In this document: piece by piece, positions 45,203 to 46,844 of the stretch
Layout: each line of letters starts with the position of its first letter
How positions within the stretch are numbered: position 1 is the stretch's first letter
Source of the DNA: Saprospiraceae bacterium
GTDB taxonomy: Bacteria; Bacteroidota; Bacteroidia; Chitinophagales; Saprospiraceae
Direction of reading: 5' to 3'
Assembly: GCA_020631375.1 (NCBI GenBank)
Contig: JAHDHJ010000003.1
Span: 1 to 46,844, forward strand
Length of the DNA stretch: 46,844 bases
The notes under the pieces: model-generated
What the model saw: the letters and a program-made list of their open reading frames with translations, nothing else
What the model was told of the DNA's origin: nothing
Database searches by the model: none
Made by a program: the position numbers and the translations under genes

Positions 45203-45263
45203 TTTTTTACCCAGTAGAATAATAGACTTTAAATGGCTTACTTTGCAATAAAATTAAATAAGC

Positions 45264-46844
45264 ATGAATCGTATATTAAGCATTATATTTTTATTCATAA
45301 CTATTTCCTTACAAGCCCAAGATTATAACCTGACTAAAATAGGTGGCTTGGATTATGACCAGAATGTTTCGGATATTTGGGGGTATGTAGATGCCGAAGG
45401 TACAGAATATGCCATAATGGGAATAGGGAACGGAACAGCTATTATCAGTTTGGCAGACCCTACGAACCCTGTCGAGGTAGCATTTGTTGGAGGAGGAAAT
45501 TCTATTTGGAGAGACATGAAGACTTGGGGAGATTACGCCTATATAACTACGGAAGCTGCTGATGGTGTACTGATCATAGACCTTTCGGATATACAGAATG
45601 GTAACCAAACCTCTAGTTTCTACACACCTACTTTGAATATTAATGGGAATCCGGGTACGCTCCAAACAATTCACAACCTTTATATAGATGAGAATGGCTA
45701 TATGTATATAGCAGGTTCCAATTTGAACAGTGGAGGCGTTCTTATTTTTGATTTGAACAATGATCCTGAAAATCCGATTTTTGTAGGAGCATGTGAAGCC
45801 ATTTATTCACATGATGTATATGTCCGTAATGATACTGTTTGGAGCTCAAACGTTAATGATGATAACTTTTCAGCAATTGATGTATCTGATAAGGCGAATC
45901 CTGTAACTTTGTCTTATACCAATACATCCTTTTTATTTACACATAATGCTTGGCTTTCCGATAGCGGACAACATTTATTCACAACGGATGAAAGAAACAA
46001 TGCCAATGTTGATTCATATGATGTTTCTGATGTTAATAATATAGAACGTTTGGATACTTGGCATCCTCTGGATACAGAAGGTACGAATGTGGTTCCCCAT
46101 AATGTACACGTAAAAGATGATTACCTGGTAATTTCATATTATACAGATGGATTAAAGATAGTGGATGCTCACCGCCCACATAACTTAGTTGAAGTAGGAA
46201 GTTATGATACTTATTTGGGAGATGGCGGAGGAACGGAAGGTTGTTGGGGAGCTTATCCTTTCCTTCCCTCTGGGAGAATAATAGCTTCCGATATTGCTAC
46301 AGGCTTATATGTCTTTGATGTTGAATATGTGAGAGCATGTTATCTGGAAGGAAATGTAGTGGATCAATTGACCCAAATCCCATTGAATGCAGTTACTATT
46401 GAAATATCGTCTTCTCCACTTCTTACAGAAGAAAGCAAAAGTAATGGAGATTATGCCATGGGACAAGTCACCCCCGGTGTTTTTGATGTTACTTATTCCA
46501 AGCCGGGTTATTTTCCCCAAACGATTTCAGTTACGTTGACCAATGGTGTAGTGACCATACAGGACGTTGAGTTAGTTCCTATGGTTCCGACTTCCGCTTC
46601 CGGTATTGTCAGAACATTATCAAATGGTACTCCGATAGAGAATGCTAGTGTAAGGTTAGGGAATGATGATTTTACCTTTTTACTTACTACGGATTCTAAT
46701 GGAGAATTTTCTATTAATGATATTTTTGCGGCAGAATATACAGTTTATGCTGGCAAGTGGGGATATACTACAGAAGAAGTTGCATTTTCAATAGGATTAG
46801 GCACTACAAACTCAGTAATAATAGAATTGGAGGAAGCTTATGAA
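45264..46844 (+). CDS. Partial (3'-truncated by window) secreted LVIVD-repeat / choice-of-anchor-B-like beta-propeller protein followed by CarboxypepD_reg-like domains
   Basis: Not in the ORF track because it has no stop in the window. I translated it by hand: ATG at 45264, 527 codons with no stop. Signal peptide MNRILSIIFLFITISLQAQ. SDIWGYVD...YAIMG, WGDYAYITTE and HNVHVKDDYLVISYYTDGLKIVD are LVIVD-like repeats. The tail has GNVVD...GDYAMGQVTPGVFDVTYSKPGYF. Confidence 0.75.
   Translation, partial: MNRILSIIFLFITISLQAQDYNLTKIGGLDYDQNVSDIWGYVDAEGTEYAIMGIGNGTAIISLADPTNPVEVAFVGGGNSIWRDMKTWGDYAYITTEAADGVLIIDLSDIQNGNQTSSFYTPTLNINGNPGTLQTIHNLYIDENGYMYIAGSNLNSGGVLIFDLNNDPENPIFVGACEAIYSHDVYVRNDTVWSSNVNDDNFSAIDVSDKANPVTLSYTNTSFLFTHNAWLSDSGQHLFTTDERNNANVDSYDVSDVNNIERLDTWHPLDTEGTNVVPHNVHVKDDYLVISYYTDGLKIVDAHRPHNLVEVGSYDTYLGDGGGTEGCWGAYPFLPSGRIIASDIATGLYVFDVEYVRACYLEGNVVDQLTQIPLNAVTIEISSSPLLTEESKSNGDYAMGQVTPGVFDVTYSKPGYFPQTISVTLTNGVVTIQDVELVPMVPTSASGIVRTLSNGTPIENASVRLGNDDFTFLLTTDSNGEFSINDIFAAEYTVYAGKWGYTTEEVAFSIGLGTTNSVIIELEEAYE

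Overview
AT-rich chromosomal segment (GC not computed), almost certainly from a gliding, T9SS-bearing member of phylum Bacteroidota. The phylum call rests on a type-B T9SS C-terminal sorting domain next to a PorP/SprF gene, the ftsX-DUF3098-uppP-truB synteny, TAnnTTTG-type -7 promoter boxes, and lipoproteins with acidic residues after the lipobox Cys. I support 35 coding regions. One is a partial ORF at the 3' edge that the ORF track misses, and one is a 58-aa ORF split off by a duplication. Housekeeping genes are rpsU, ettA, ftsX, uppP and truB. Envelope and surface genes include a 1841-aa PKD-repeat adhesin, PorP/SprF, OM beta-barrels, a vWA protein, a GH3 NagZ-like enzyme, a glucosaminidase, an S8 peptidase, and a methyltransferase-GT2-GT-C/TPR glycosylation module. 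I saw no rRNA, tRNA, CRISPR array, transposase or integrase. Items worth a second look: (1) two small non-coding elements with terminal inverted repeats directly abutted by 9- and 10-bp direct repeats (MITE-like), plus two further inverted-repeat-closed structured regions. (2) A lipoprotein built of 16 tandem four-cysteine modules, upstream of an ECF sigma factor and a protein fusing a TM segment, a low-complexity linker and an OM beta-barrel. (3) A 77/87-nt tandem duplication, identical apart from two 5-nt gaps, that splits a membrane-anchored PspA/IM30-like gene into two ORFs overlapping at ATGA. (4) A sphingomyelin-synthase-family (PAP2_C) membrane protein. (5) A kinase/phospho-lyase fusion enzyme. 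All functional calls come from motif recognition by eye and no database search was run.
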